From: Paragordius varius | Taxonomy: Eukaryota > Animalia > Nematomorpha | Assembly: GCA_964247055.1 (NCBI GenBank) | Contig: OZ176057.1 | Coordinates: 1,426,001 to 1,490,000 of the forward strand | Reading direction: 5' to 3' | DNA: 64,000 nt | Shown here: piece by piece, positions 48,271 through 62,324 of the stretch | Position numbering within the stretch: the first letter of the stretch is position 1 | Layout: each line of letters opens with the position of its first letter | Notes under the pieces: generated by a model | Database searches by the model: none | What the model was told of the DNA's origin: nothing | What the model saw: the letters and a program-made list of their open reading frames with translations, nothing else | Program-made: the position numbers and the translations under genes

Positions 48271-49954
48271 TTAGAAAATTTATGTATTCCCAATTTGATT
48301 TTTGGGTTTAATGTTTTTCGGTTTTATATGTAATTATAAATACCTACTAAAAATATATATTCACATAAAACATCGCTGTATAGATGCAAAAATATATTTA
48401 AATTGAAAATTTTAGAGGTTTAAAAGATTACACTAATTAAATCACACAAATAAACCAATATTTTCAATCACCCTCTATAAAACATTCAAAAGCTATGAAC
48501 AATAAGGATATAATTTTTAATTATAGATAAATTTATTTAATATAAATGTATTATTATAATATAAATCACAAATTAATGTTGGAAGCACTGTTAGAAATTA
48601 GCATTCTTATTGATATTAATACAGGTAATTTTGATAATTCTATTAATATACGATACGGTTTATGTTCATGGTGATCATTACTTTTAGATTAAGGAATATC
48701 ATTAGATGCCAAATCAATATGATTTGTAGATAATCCTGAAAATTACAGTCAACATGGGATTATATCAACTAAAATATAAGATAGAAACGCATTCGATTAA
48801 AGTATTTGAAAATTAACACCTGGATTCTAGAAGTATTTTCAATATATTTTATATATTGGGGGCTGAAACACCCAAAGTTTGAAAGGGGACTAAATAAGGT
48901 CATGGCTTTTTAACAACGAAATTTGCAAAAAAAATTTTTCTTCGATAAAAAATTAAAAATGATATTTTATGTTTATGCGTTTTCGTTCTACCATCTTAAA
49001 TTAAAAATGAAAAACGATTCTTCACCAGAGGAAACAATGTTAGTGTTGCCTGCTTAGTTTTTGGAGTGCTGTTGTATTCAAAGATTTTGAAAAAAAATAT
49101 TTGTTTCTATTTTCTATTTGACTTCATTGGTGAAATCATATAAGCCTTTTCATATTTTTAAAATTTGGCTGGTAAAACGAAAACGTAAAAACATAAAATA
49201 TTATTGAATTAATTATAAAAAAATTTTTTTTTGCAAATTTAGCTGTTAAAAAGCCAGGTCAACCTTATTTAGTCCCCTTTCAAACTTTGGATGTTTACTG
49301 CCCAATATTAAAAATTATGTTGAAAATACTTCTAGAATCCAGCTATTAATTTTCTAATACTTTAATCAAATACGTTTCTATCTTATATTTTAGTTATTAT
49401 AATCCCAAAAAATGATGTTGATTATAATTTTCAGTATTATCTAGATTTCCTATCATGATATTAATCTAAGTTATGATCACCATGAACGCACACCGCATCG
49501 TACAATATTAGAATTATCAAACTAACCTGTATTATATCAATAAGAATGCTAATTTCTAGCAATGGTTCCAACATTAATTTGTGATCTATACTATGATAAT
49601 ATATTTATATATAAATAAATTTATCCATAATTAAAAATTATTTCTTTATTGTTCATAGCTTTTGAATGTCTTATAGAGGGTGATTGAAAAATATCGGTTG
49701 AGTATATTTTGTGTGATTTAATTAGTAGTAATCTTTTAAACCTCTAATATATTTAATTTAAGTATTTTTTTGATACATCGATGTTTATGTGAATATAGAT
49801 TATTTTTATTGGTGGGTATTTATAATTACATATAAAATCGAAAAACATTGACTTTTACCTGTCTTTATTATTGTATGTCAAAAATATTAAAAACATGAAT
49901 AAAATACAAGCAAAAAATAAAAAACAAATTGGAAATACAAAATTTTAAACTAAA

Positions 49955-50620
49955 ATAATTTTACCTGTATTTATTAAAATGTCCAAAATATGTAGTAATT
50001 AATTAAATTAACAAAGCAAAACCTAAAAACAAAAAAAATAAATTTTTACTAAATTTATTAAAAACCGAAATTTTTACCTGTATTTATTAAAAAGTCCAAA
50101 ATATGTAGTAATTATACAAATAACAATGTTAAAAAAATAAAACAAAAAAAATTATATGTGACTAAATTTAATAAAAACCGCAATTATTACCTGTTATTAA
50201 AATGTCCAAAATATGTAGTAATTAATTACAATAATCAACTTTAAATAAATAAAACAAAAAAAAATATATTTGACTAAATTTATTAAAAACCGCAATTTTT
50301 ACCTGTATTTATTAAAATGTCCAAAATATGAAGTAATTAATTACAATAAACAATTTTAAATAAATAAAACAAAAAAAATTTATTTGACTAAATTTATTAA
50401 AAACCGCGATTTTTACCTGTATTTATTAAAATGTCCAAAATATGTAGTAGCTAATTACAATTATAAATTATTTTAAAAACCGCAATTTTTACTGTTTTTA
50501 TTAAAATGTCAAAAATATGTAGCAATTATCAATCTTAAATAAAAAAAACAGAAAAAATTAAATTTGACTAAATTAATTAATCGCAATTTTTACCTGGTTA
50601 AAATGTCTGAAATACTTAAA
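49955..50620 (-). repeat. Tandem array of ~113-bp units in the right arm (inverse of the left array)
   Basis: About 7 repeats of ttttacctgtatttattaaaatgtccaaaatatgtagtaatt...aaaaaccgcaa. Confidence 0.85.
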
Positions 50621-51123
50621 AAATATTAATAATTAACAATGCAAAACATAAAAAACAAAAACAGTCTAAAATTTACTTAAATTTTCACAATGATATATTT
50701 ATCTGTGTTTTTTTAATTAGTAATATAACAACTATATAAAATAATAATTTCAATTTTGATTAATACAGGTATTTATCATGTTAAAAAATTTACGAGGAAT
50801 AATTAACATAAAAAATCTAAAATACCTATTTTACTATATATTAATTTATTAAAGATAAAAACCTAAATCCGCATCTAAATACATATTAACAATAAAATCA
50901 AATGTTAACAAAATTGCTATAATATTCTCAAAATCTAACATTATAAAATATCCAAGTTTATGTTAATTCTCACGTCAATCCTCTTTTTCATATGTGTACT
51001 ACGATATAATTTTGTGGATCCGTATTTTACGCATTTGATAAACCATTAATGTTATTTGACTGGCAATAAAATTACTTAACATACATTGAAATGCATACTG
51101 TATATATATATATATATATATAT

Positions 51124-51360
51124 CAAGGCTTGGAACCGGACCGGAACCCGGTTTCTGAAATTTTAACAAGAATCGGTTCCATTGGATGGAACAACGCGGT
51201 TCCGGTTCCATTTCCCCGGGAACCACCCGGTTCTGGTTTCAAAAATTTAGGAACCCGGATCTATTTTTAAATTCTTGAGAACCAACACGGTTCCGGTTCC
51301 ACTTGTTCAGGAACCGACCCAGTTCCGATGTAACTTTATTTAAACCGGTTCCAAGCCCTG
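51124..51360. mobile_element. 237-bp hAT MITE related to 32449-33177
   Basis: TIR CAAGGCTTGGAACCGG / CCGGTTCCAAGCCCTG; GAACCGG/GGTTCCGG subterminal repeats; ATATATAT on both sides (8-bp TSD in a TA tract). Confidence 0.85.
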
Positions 51361-51849
51361 ATATATATATATATATATCTATATATACCATTAACACATC
51401 AAATTACCCCAAACATAAACTATGCATTTGTAATATAACTCATCATAATATGTAAGCTCTATCTCTCTCTCTCTCTTTGGCCTTATATCACTAGTCGACA
51501 AATTTGGACATTTGAGAGCACCACCACTCAAAATTTTAAATTATGACTAATTTCAGTGAAACCCGAATCTGAAAACATTTTTGATTCCCCCAATCAGAAT
51601 TTTGAGATATTATAGGTTTTTCAATTTTTCAAAAACTAGAGAAAATCAAGAGAAAATTATATATAACTTTATAATAAAAAGTTATTATATTGTAAAATTA
51701 ATATCATTTAATATAACGTTTTAAACTCTATCTTGTGAATGTAAATATGTCATTTAAATATCAGGGAGAAAAAAATGGTACGGATATAAACGTCATTCCG
51801 TCTTTTTTTTCAAGAATTTAAAACGTATAAATATATATTAAAAAATACT

Positions 51850-52400
51850 AAAAGAGGTATTCTATGGTTTAAACCTTCGGTTTTCAGATAGGCTATATTT
51901 ATTTTGTTAATTATTCTTATGGTACTTATTAGGGTTTTTCTTTTCGGTTGATTCTCACAAAAAATCCTCTATTTATATCTAGTGGATATTATTTATTTTT
52001 TAAAATGATTGGTTGCCCGGTATCTTAAATTTCAGATGGATGGGTAGCCACTTTTAGTAAAATATACTGTTATGGGTTTGGGTCATTCTTACCTAATTTC
52101 TTTATTCGATTTAATGGTAGAATTTATCTAACTTTATTATGTGAATTGGTTAATTTGACATGTCAATGGATTTTGCTTGCAAGTCTCTCCTATCGGGCTC
52201 TACGATTACTTATTGTTACCTTTACCATATCTGGCATAATTATAGGAATGCTTGAGGGTAAGTTTCAGAGCTTGTGAAAGCCGCCCGGATCTATCACACC
52301 ATAGCCTTTTAGATTTTTAATACTTTTAATCTTCTATTTTCTTATATTATCTAATGCATAGAATTTGTTATTCATGCAAATAAATTTTTTGTACAAATTT
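51850..52400 (-). mobile_element. Heavily decayed non-LTR (LINE) RT-upstream remnant
   Basis: Minus-strand traces DPGGFHKL*NLP and KLGKNDPNP resemble the K-x-PGPDG and PK-x-GKDP..YRPISL region of LINE ORF2; very degenerate. Confidence 0.4.
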
Positions 52401-55400
52401 TTGTGTTAATTATAGTTTATATATCCATTTACTCGTACATATTTTAGGTATTTCCACAAAATTGTATAAATAGATATTAAAACTCAGTTTTTTTTTCTTT
52501 TGAACTACAAATTTTTAATTAATATATTAAATATAATGAATATGTATTTATTGATATTTAAAATAATAATTATGTAGCATTAAAATTCCAGATAAAATGA
52601 GAAATATTGTTTCGCGAGTTGTATCTCGCTTCAAATCTTTTATGTTCACCTATTATGTGTAGCTTCATAGTCATTTTACAGCCTAAATTTTATAAAATAT
52701 TACCTATCCGATGGTAACTTTCTACAAGCTCCTGACCTAATATTTTATAATCCTCCTTTGATACTAATATTTAAAAATATATTATATTATACCCCAATGT
52801 TGTATTTTTTTAAAGCTTTAAAAGCTTTTTCTTTTACAGATAATAGGTTTATAATAATCTTGAAAATTTTTTTTTATTAAAGGCCCATTAGCTATCCCAG
52901 CCTTAGCTTTGGATTTACTGAGTTTATAATGATAAGTACATTAATGAGGCTGAATTTTTCTCACGATTTTTTATGAATAAGCAGCATTTTTAGGCAGGTT
53001 ATATTTTCCAATATAAAGGTCAACGGCATTTTCAGATAAAGTTTTATTAAATATCACATTTTCTGTAGAGTCTTGTTAGGAAAAATGGGGGACTCATGCT
53101 CTGTCATTATTAATTTCGGTATCAAAATATTTTGTAAAAAGTTTTCCAGTATTAACATCGATATTCTGCAAGTTATTTTCTTAAATATATATTTATAACA
53201 CATGCAGAATTTATTTGGATCCTTTTTGCATTTTCGTACTAAAATTATAATGAAAATGCCTTGATCTGCTCGTTTAGATATTTAAACATATCTACACGAG
53301 GAATGATGGTTTTTTTTAAATTAAATACAAAATTAAAATATAAATTTTGGAAAAATCCTATAGGCGGCCTAAAAAATTTTTTTGTTTTGGCCTTTCCATG
53401 CTATTAGGTATCAGAAAATGAAAAAAATGGGGTGGTGCAAAACCTTGTTGAGCTGTGTAATTAAATTATGAATAACAAATCTAGTAAAATTGATAGTGTT
53501 TATACAAATTTTCCATTTAGTAACGAATAGGAAAAGAACATTTTATTGAGTTTGATTTTTGCCGTATTATGTTTTATATCTAATAAAATATTTAGGATCA
53601 TGTGTATTATGAATGCGAATCACCGGTTTTTCAAGTCGAAAATTCATCTCGCAAAGCTATTTGTACCCTGATGACCAGGGGCATCTAATATGCGGACTTA
53701 GCTATCTCTGGAGCCCGCTAAATAAATTAATTTAATAAAAAACAATTTGCTATATTACATCATTTAGCTTTATTATCGGTGCATGTCGGTATCTTACCCA
53801 AAACTATCGGAATTAATTTATATGAAATAAATCTGTGTGAAAAAAATATTATAGAGACTTATGTTCGTAAACGATATGTAATTTAAAAAAATGCAGATCG
53901 TCGAATTCGTTAATATTTAAATAAAGACATAATAGTGACTGCGACAGAATTAATAGCAAATGGTTAATACTACTTGCATAAAGTATTACCTAAAATCGAG
54001 TATAAATTGATCATGCTCTCTCAATTATGTTCATAAATTTGTGTAGGCAACTCCTGATAACACGAATGAAAGCACATCTATGTAATAGTCTCATCATTTC
54101 GAAAAACGTGAGAAATTATTTTATCCGCAAATCTTTTTTAGGGACCAGATTATGGTTGAGGGCTTTATTAAAAATTGATGTTTTGATAAAAATAATATTA
54201 TCGGACATTGTTATCAAAAGCATATATTTTTACAGTTTTTAAACGTTTAAGATTAATATCTCGATTATCCTCTAAAAAAGCAACTGATTTTAAATAATTT
54301 ATACTACAGAGTAAAATTTTCTAAAATTAGTTACTTTTGCAACCATAATAAACATTTGGAAAAAAGTAAAATGGCAGCGAAGAGGTTTGAGAAGCCAATT
54401 TTGTAGATTTTTTAATAAAACAAACTAATGAATATATATATATATATATACTTAAATGCATTCCGATGTGAAAATATATCAGAATAGTGATTGGCCCTTA
54501 GGAGTGACAGTTCATCTTATTGTGGTAATTGCGAATACGCAGGCCAAATAAAAAATCTTTTAAAAAATCTGGATTCCAAAATTTATAACAAATTTATCCA
54601 TTAACTACATATAAAAAATATGATCTCGATAAAAATTTGATAATTAGTTGAGGGCTCGGAAAGTCCCAAATTTTTTGCCTAAAATGGAATATTTTTGGAG
54701 GAAAGGCAAAAATCCTAAAATTGAATGATCAATATCATTCTAAATTTTGACATTAAGAAAGTTTTTCTCGAAAAAGGGGTATTTTGCGATTTATGCATTT
54801 TGAGGGATGCAAACGGTATTAAAAGCCTTCAAAATATTAAAATTTTTTCTATATAAATGGATGATGCTGAACTTTTCTATCACCTCAAAATTTTGATTAA
54901 ATTTTTCGTTCATCTTAAATTTATATTTAAAATTTTTTTACACCCAGGTTTACGAATTATATAAATATGTTTTGGATCTTATAATATTTTTGTACCATCC
55001 TTCAAAATACAATAGAAAACAATTTTGACAAGTTTCGAGCAAAATATTTATTTTTCGGAAGCTTTTTTAATGTCAAAATTTATCATATGTTTAATTTTTT
55101 TATAATGTCATCTCGGCATTTCGCCTTTCTTTTGAGAAAACTATTCCATTTTGGATGGGCAAATAAATAGGGCCAGAGGCACATCTTCAAATTAAAATTT
55201 CGAAAACATTGGTTTGTTTTTTATATGTTATGATAATGATATTTTTTGGAATGAACCATTTTATCAACCAAAATTTTTTATTAAACTGTGTGGAAAATTC
55301 GCCATTTAATGATATGGAGCAGTTAGCACAAGACCACCGGGTTGGAGTGGGGTTATAATAGTGCCTATATCATCTTTTGTTTACTTCTCGCTAAAATAGT

Positions 55401-55589
55401 TTGAAGTACTTTTCGAATAGCTCTATTTTATCATAATATACTTTATCCCCATTTTTATATATTCAATTAACATATCACCCTTTTAGATAACGAGCATTAA
55501 AACGCAATCAATAATTCCATGTAAGTACAAGTTTTCTACATCAATCATATTACAAAATTTTTAAAAAATAAAAATAAAAAACATCTTAG

Positions 55590-57792
55590 GCTGACATTCC
55601 CTCTTCAGATTATAAAATGGGCAGACAGATTGGGAAAGGGTAAGATCTTCATATTTGGAAAATTGCGGTAAAAAATGATATTTTACACAAAAACGTTAAA
55701 CTTAACACATAAATATTTTCTAAAGACATACTAATTTAATTCTTGATATTTTGACATTCATTACCTTTTAATGTGGTTTTATATCTCTAACGAGAATATG
55801 AAATCTTAAATATATTTAAGGTATTAAGCCAAATTTTAAAATGTGGTGTCTTTAGCTTTTTTCGGGGGAAGGCTTTAAAGGATATTTTTAAATTATAAAA
55901 AATAGTAAAAAAAAAACCTCGTCTCCAACTTTTTCGTCGCCATTTATTTAATTTTTTACACCAATATAACAGGCAAAAATTTTTATAAACAGAGAACAAT
56001 GTTTGAGAAATACTTTCACATTGGTTTATTTAAAGGATAAGCACTGGAGTGTTTAATTATCCCAAAATGTAACTGTCCATAAAAATTTGAGGGTAATGAA
56101 GTGTTAATTATTCACCATTTTGGTAGGTAATGGAAATGTAAGTTATTAATATATAAAATCAAATTTTAAAAAGTATGGTAATCTAAACATATTTGTCGTC
56201 TATATATTGGCCGAAAGCAAACATATATTTTTATAATATAGAGGCTTTGGTTCTGTTTTCTTGTCAACTAATGTAGACGGTCACAGTATTGCTGTAGAAA
56301 GCAAAACCTAGAAATTCAGTTCTAAGAAACATTCATATAAACCAGGGATTCTTAAACTTTTGTGAGTCGCGACCCCATTTAGATCGCAAATTTCTTGGCG
56401 ATCCCAATAAATATAAAAGAAAAATAAATTAATATTTTTTTATGATATATTTATCAAGAAACAATATACGTATGCATATGAAAATATATAAATTTAGAAT
56501 TCGTTTTAAAACATAAAAAATCAATTAAAATTTGCACAAATATTCCGATTATTATATATTGTATAAATTTACTATGAATCAGAGTTATAGAAATCTATAA
56601 AAAATACATATTTTTGCCAATCTCTTAAAACCGAAATTATTATTGTTATTGAAGGACGAGATCGAAATATTTTTAACTAAATAAAAATGAGAATGTGCTG
56701 CTTTTTTTCAAAATGACTGGTGGCTATCCAAGTGTTATTTGTCGGATATTTTTGCAAAGTAAACGATCCCAACCTGTATCTTCACTAAAAAATATGCATA
56801 TATATACTTCAGCGATAAAATTGCAATTTTTATTAACAAGATCAGCATTTGGAAAAGTAGAGTTGGAAAAAATTTGTTTGAAATGTTTTAGTGTCTACAA
56901 TTTCGTAATTGAGAAAATTGATTGTAAAACTTATAATAAAAAACTATTGTAGATCACTAAAAAATGCTAGAAATACATTTCCTGACATATTTTATATTAA
57001 ATATTATTAAAAAAATTATTTGAATTCAAAAGCCTTGGATTAGCTTAAGTAAGATTGATCATCTGCCACTTAAAACTCAAGAGGAATTTGTAAGTTTCGT
57101 GTGACTCAAACTTCTACAATTCTGAAAAATCTTTTGAATGAATTCTGGATGAATCAATCGCTGACATGAAATGTACTTCTGCCATTTAACACCACATATT
57201 TATGTAAAGTTACTTACTCAGCTTTAACAAACATTAAATACCAATATCGTTCAGTAATAAAAAATGTTAAGAGGTTTTTACCTAGTTTCAAACATTATAC
57301 CAAGATTACAGTACTTCAAAATATTCTTTAGGTTTAGTGACATACGAAAAAAACATGCTTTGATTCAAAATATTTTGATGGTTTCATACTCTCCGAAGCC
57401 AATAATTCATTGCATATCAAACAAAGAGGTTGTACATTGCCATTACAATTTTGAAATGTGAAGCCAAATTGAAGAAAAGACTCATCATATTTTCTTTTTC
57501 GCATAGATGTCTCTTTTCCAATACTTTGTCCTGACTGAGAAGAATTTGTTGGATTAATATCTGCGTCATTACTATTCTTATTTTTATATTTGATTATTAA
57601 TTACCGAATAAAAAGAAAACTAAAATCTTGTTACAGAGGGCACTGACAAATTAAACTAGAAGAGCAAACATAATTGTTTTTTCACAAAAGACGTTCCCAA
57701 AGACAATCTTTTCTTCAATCTTCATTAAAACATGTGAATTAGCTATGTTCGGAAGAGAAATGCTGGCATAAACAGTTTTTCGGAACCAGATG

Positions 57793-57823
<31 letters not shown>

Positions 57824-59510
57824 ATAATTGTTATTTTATAACAATAATTTTACAAGTTAAAAACATTTTCTGTTAAATTGTATTTTTATCACTCGCGACC
57901 CCAAATGGGGTCGCGACTCATAGTTTAAGAACCCCTAAACGAATTTATGTTATCCAACCTCAAACATCCTCATATTGTATAATATTTGGGGGCTAAGATA
58001 TCTCCGTCAACAATTATGGTATGTCATTTTAGTAATTTGCAATTCTCTTTACAATTTTTCAATAATATCTTCAATACTTAATAATTAACAGATCATTTTG
58101 GAATATATCAATGGATTCAGGCTAGATAAAATAGCTAAATATAAAGTTAAAGAACCAATGGTCGCAAGAATAGCCCAACAGGTAATTCTCATTAGGTTTT
58201 TGGATTTTGGCGGAAGTTTACAAAGTTATAAAAAGTAATCGTGTATAAGAAAAAATTGCTTTTTTAATTATCGTTTGAATTAATTGAGAAAAATATTTTA
58301 TAATAATCCATGGTAATACAGACAAAATTTAATGAAAGACCTTTTTTAAAGACGCTAAAATTTTTAAATATTTCTGCAAAGTTTGATATGAAGACATCCT
58401 CTAATAATTGCAATTAAGTAATTATCGGAAAAATTAAGATTTAAAGGAATATGGCTCTCTTTAAAAAAAATCCTTTTTAGTTTTCACGCTTTGTGTTTAT
58501 AGTTGGCAACACCGCCATTTCGATTATGATAGTTAATTATTTGAGAGTCTATCTGTTTATCATATAACTCATGACATAAATTAGTATGGAAAAATAATGC
58601 ACTCGGTATTGTACCCTTACTTTAGATAGCCTTAAAATATTATAAATCATTTCATTCATGGTGTTTTTGTAGACATTAATGGGCCTTCAGTATATTCATG
58701 CCAATAATATATTACACAGATATCTGAAAAGTGACAACATACTCGTAGAAACGAATGGATGCGTGAAAATGAGTAATTTTACTTCATTATAAATTTATTT
58801 TTTGTGTATAAAATTAAACAAATAAAAAACATGGGCAGTTCATCAATGAATAAAAAATACAGCAAATATCTCCTAAATGTACAATCTCCGATAATTTAGC
58901 ACTTTGCATCGTTTTCTAATATTTAAACAATGATGATGATATAGAAAATAAATTTACCAAATAATTCATTAATTAGTTGACTTTGGCCTAGCATGCTTCC
59001 ATACAACTAATTTCGCTCCAGACATGGTCAGAACGCCATCCTAGATGGCCTACGACATCTCTGTCGAGGCAACTATGATTTCATAGTCGATATTTGGTCC
59101 ATAGGAATTATAATAATAAAATTAGTTGAAGAAACCTTCCGTATGTTGGCTTGAACCAGAGTCAGGTATTTATATTACTTAAAATTTAATCATTCTACCA
59201 TCATTATTTGTTAGATCCTACAAATAGTCAAAACCGGGACGCCCACCCTGCCGAAATCCATTTCTACTTTGACAAAAGCCTTTGCGCAAAGAGGCCAATG
59301 ATAGATGGTCGGTCAATGACTTGTTGCAGGTATGCATATCTCATAGATTTATTAATTTACTGGGTTACTAATTTATATGTTTTGCATTAAAATATATAAC
59401 CAAATACTTTTTTGGTAGCTTTTTTAGAACAGGCATGGCCACCGGAGATTCTGAAGCGTAAAGTTAATTACATCGTTGCAACTAATCCATGTCAATAACT
59501 AACTCACTCC
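55590..59510 (+). pseudogene. STE20/PAK-like kinase pseudogene, copy 2, interrupted by a hAT element
   Basis: Exons 55590-55639 (DYKMGRQIGKG), 56242-56342 + 57938-~58018, 58092-58181 (IILEYING..RIAQQ), ~58672-58771 (ILHRYLKSDNILV), 58977-~59165 (DFG..RTPS*MA..VDIWSIG), ~59215-59330, ~59420-. Same intron positions and homologous intron sequence as copy 1. HRD>HRY; TAG at 59042. Confidence 0.88.
56343..57937 (+). mobile_element. Non-autonomous hAT (Buster/Charlie-like) element inserted in a kinase exon
   Basis: TIR CAGGGATTCTTAAACT / AGTTTAAGAACCCCTA extended by tgagtcgcgaccccattt; internal remnant LLPFNTTYLCKVTYSALTNIK..YRS; kinase exon sequence resumes on both sides; TSD partly retained (atataaac / aac). 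Confidence 0.85.
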
Positions 59511-61264
59511 ACCAACATAATTTGAATCAAATTATAAACTACTTTACTAAAAAATGCATTTTTAATAACATCTCAATAGATCTAGTAGTATGGAATATCG
59601 TGGGAATATTTGAGTAACTAATTGAAGTTTTTATATTAATTTTGTATCATAAAATTGTCAAATAGATGAAAATAGTTAACAATTCGAAAGAAATGATTTT
59701 ATATGTGCCTCTATTTTTTCTCAGTAGTGGATAGTCAGTAAGATCGTTTTTAAAATACGCCTAAAGAAATAGCTTAGAAAAAAACAAATTTGGGATAAGT
59801 TAACATAATATGAATCATGCTGGCTCTTTTCTCAAAATTGGAAATACTCAAAATAGATTGAACAGTCTCTTCCTTCATATGCTTAAAAGTCAATGCTTCT
59901 GATTAATTAAATAAAAACTGCCACCATCTACTTATTTCAAGCAATAGCAATGCTTTTATAACAATGTAAAAAACTGCCAAGTTTGTCCTTTTATCCCACA
60001 ACATTGCTACAATATTTAAATAACAACCGTCCAATCAGATAAAAATCAACAAAGCGGGCATCGCTTTATTTAAAGGCCTTACAACGATGATAGCTTTAGA
60101 CAGTAATGCGAAATGTGCATCTTCTAGTTTTTCACGCGTATGATTTAAATAAGTATTTTGAATGTAAAATTATATAAAATTTCGATTTGATTCTTCTTTT
60201 TTACATTGGATATTGATTAATCTTTATGTAAATATTAAAAAATTTATTAAATTACAGTATGAGTACACAAAAAAGATTGCCAACTTTTGATTAAATTGCC
60301 GATAGCATTATTATTTTCTAGATGCGTATATTCAAAACTATATCTCTGATCAACAACTCAAATAATAACAAATCTCTCCAAAAATCAAACAAAATGTCCT
60401 TCCAAAGCGCAGGATTGTTACGATATTTTATATTTCCTTTTTTATTTAATAAACAAATTAAATATCATTAACTTACAGTAAAAAATGGAAACATGATAAT
60501 ATTATACAATATAATTTGCAATCATTTCAGTATAAAAAATATTAAAATATTTTTCCCCAATATTTATATAGCTCACGGTACTCTGACAATTGGTTTACCA
60601 ATTGTACGAGGGGTGTACCCATTGTTATTGTCATTTAGGTAAACTAACGAATCCTTTATAAATCCGAATGATAGAAATGTTCAAAATCATCGAATTTATA
60701 CATAGTAACAAAATCCTGATAAAATAAGGAAATTACATTCTCTCTTACTAGATTGAAACAATAAATTATTTGGTTATTTTATTTTGGACATGACTTTTTT
60801 CTCAAAAAGCCTTCAACTATCTAATTAATTATTTTTATCTAATTTTTGAAACAGCTCATTCGTAAAGCTAAATTTTCACCAAGATATTACCTAAAATTTG
60901 ATTGATTTTTTATCGATGTTTTACATTATTTAGCTTAAGAATGTAATAAAAATTACCTTTACATATTGTGTATAACACAGTTCGTTAGCCTATGATGAAA
61001 TAAAAGGTCAGCAAACAATAGTCTATAATAGTCAGTAATAACATATATATTTACAATAACAACATAAAATATCTCAAATTATAGTAGTTAGGGGGTTTCC
61101 TTAATTATATATAGTTCAACGATTTTATTGATACTCGGAATTATTATCGAAACTTGGTTGTTTACTTAGTGCTCACATATATATATATATATATTATATA
61201 TATATTAAATACATATAAATTATTTTTTCTAATTATTGTACAATATAATTATTTCTTCCAACAA

Positions 61265-62324
61265 ATGAAGTCCCTAATATTATTGAGATATATTGCAATT
61301 CTATGTTTTGCATGCATTTTTGGTAATGTGCATACTACTTTTTCAGGACAAAACGATCCTCCACTGTCTTTGGGGAGTAGCCCTAATAGTGAATGCCAAC
61401 CAAATCAAACATATTGCAGTAATATAAACAATAACTTTGATTTACAGTCGCAAATATTTGTTGCGAATTCATATGCAAGCGGAAGCATGCCTAATCGCTC
61501 GTTGATGACATTTAAAGACAGTGAATTTGGCAATTTGGACCTTGATTATTTGCAAAATAAACGGATTAAAACTTTAACATTGATTAATGTTTGGACAAAG
61601 TCGAATATCTCATGTAACATTAGCAAAACTTTAAACCTAAAACATTTGGTTGTAAAGGTAACGAATGTTTCCACATCAAAAAAAGCTCTAACAGATTTGT
61701 TCGACTGTTTAGGCTCTTTTGCAAAAACGGTCAAACATTTGTCTATAATCTCTCCGCATATTCCTATTAATTTAAGTTTTGCCAATAATTTTCCTTATCT
61801 TAAATCGCTATATGCTGAATTAGACTCGTTATCTGGAGAGAAGGAATACAGCTTGAATTTGCTGTCTCAAAAATATCTTAAGAAATTAACTATTTTATCT
61901 AGAAATATAAAAACTATAAATTTAAAAGGCATACCACCCTCCGTAACATCGTTAAAGATTGGGCATAACCTAAGCAAAATTATTGGACACTTTGATGAGA
62001 AATCCGAAATCCAAACTATCGACTTGTCTCATAATTTGCTCTCCGCTTTGAATGATGGTGTTTTAGAAATAATTAAACACGTAAAATATATTTCCTTATC
62101 ACATAATAATATCACGGATATGCAACCACTTTTACAGGATGATCTGAAATCACATTTATTTCAGGTCAAAAATTTGAACTTATCTGACAACCCAATCATA
62201 GAATTTGACTATGCAATCCTTAAAAAATTTCCTAATCTACTTATTTTGGATATCAGCTCAGATACTTTGGAAAAAATTAATCTTTTTGAGTCCCGAGCAT
62301 CGAAATACTCAAACTTAAATATTG
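61265..62324 (+). CDS. Secreted or surface leucine-rich-repeat protein, large first coding exon; probably continues after a donor at 62325
   Basis: ATG at 61265; signal peptide MKSLILLRYIAILCFACIFGNVHT; N-terminal Cys pair; repeats such as IQTIDLSHNLLSAL, VKYISLSHNNITDM, VKNLNLSDNPIIEF; ATTG|GTAAAT just before the in-frame stop. Confidence 0.82.

Larger units (their letters stand above)
46992..51100. mobile_element. Foldback-type element: ~2-kb inverted arms (46992-49027, 49128-51100), ~100-bp spacer, internal tandem arrays, no ORF
   Basis: CAGTATGCATTT...AAATGCATACTG termini embedded in (TA)n; arm homology seen at the outer ends, the middle and next to the spacer. Confidence 0.92.

Noticed and set aside
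47430-50620. Regularly spaced repeats as a CRISPR array
   Set aside because: Units are ~110-bp degenerate tandem copies without unique spacers, in eukaryotic DNA with no cas genes.
61154-61264. N-terminal 37 codons of the 394-aa ORF in the track
   Set aside because: Start at TTG through a TA-repeat low-complexity stretch; the ATG at 61265 begins a proper signal peptide.
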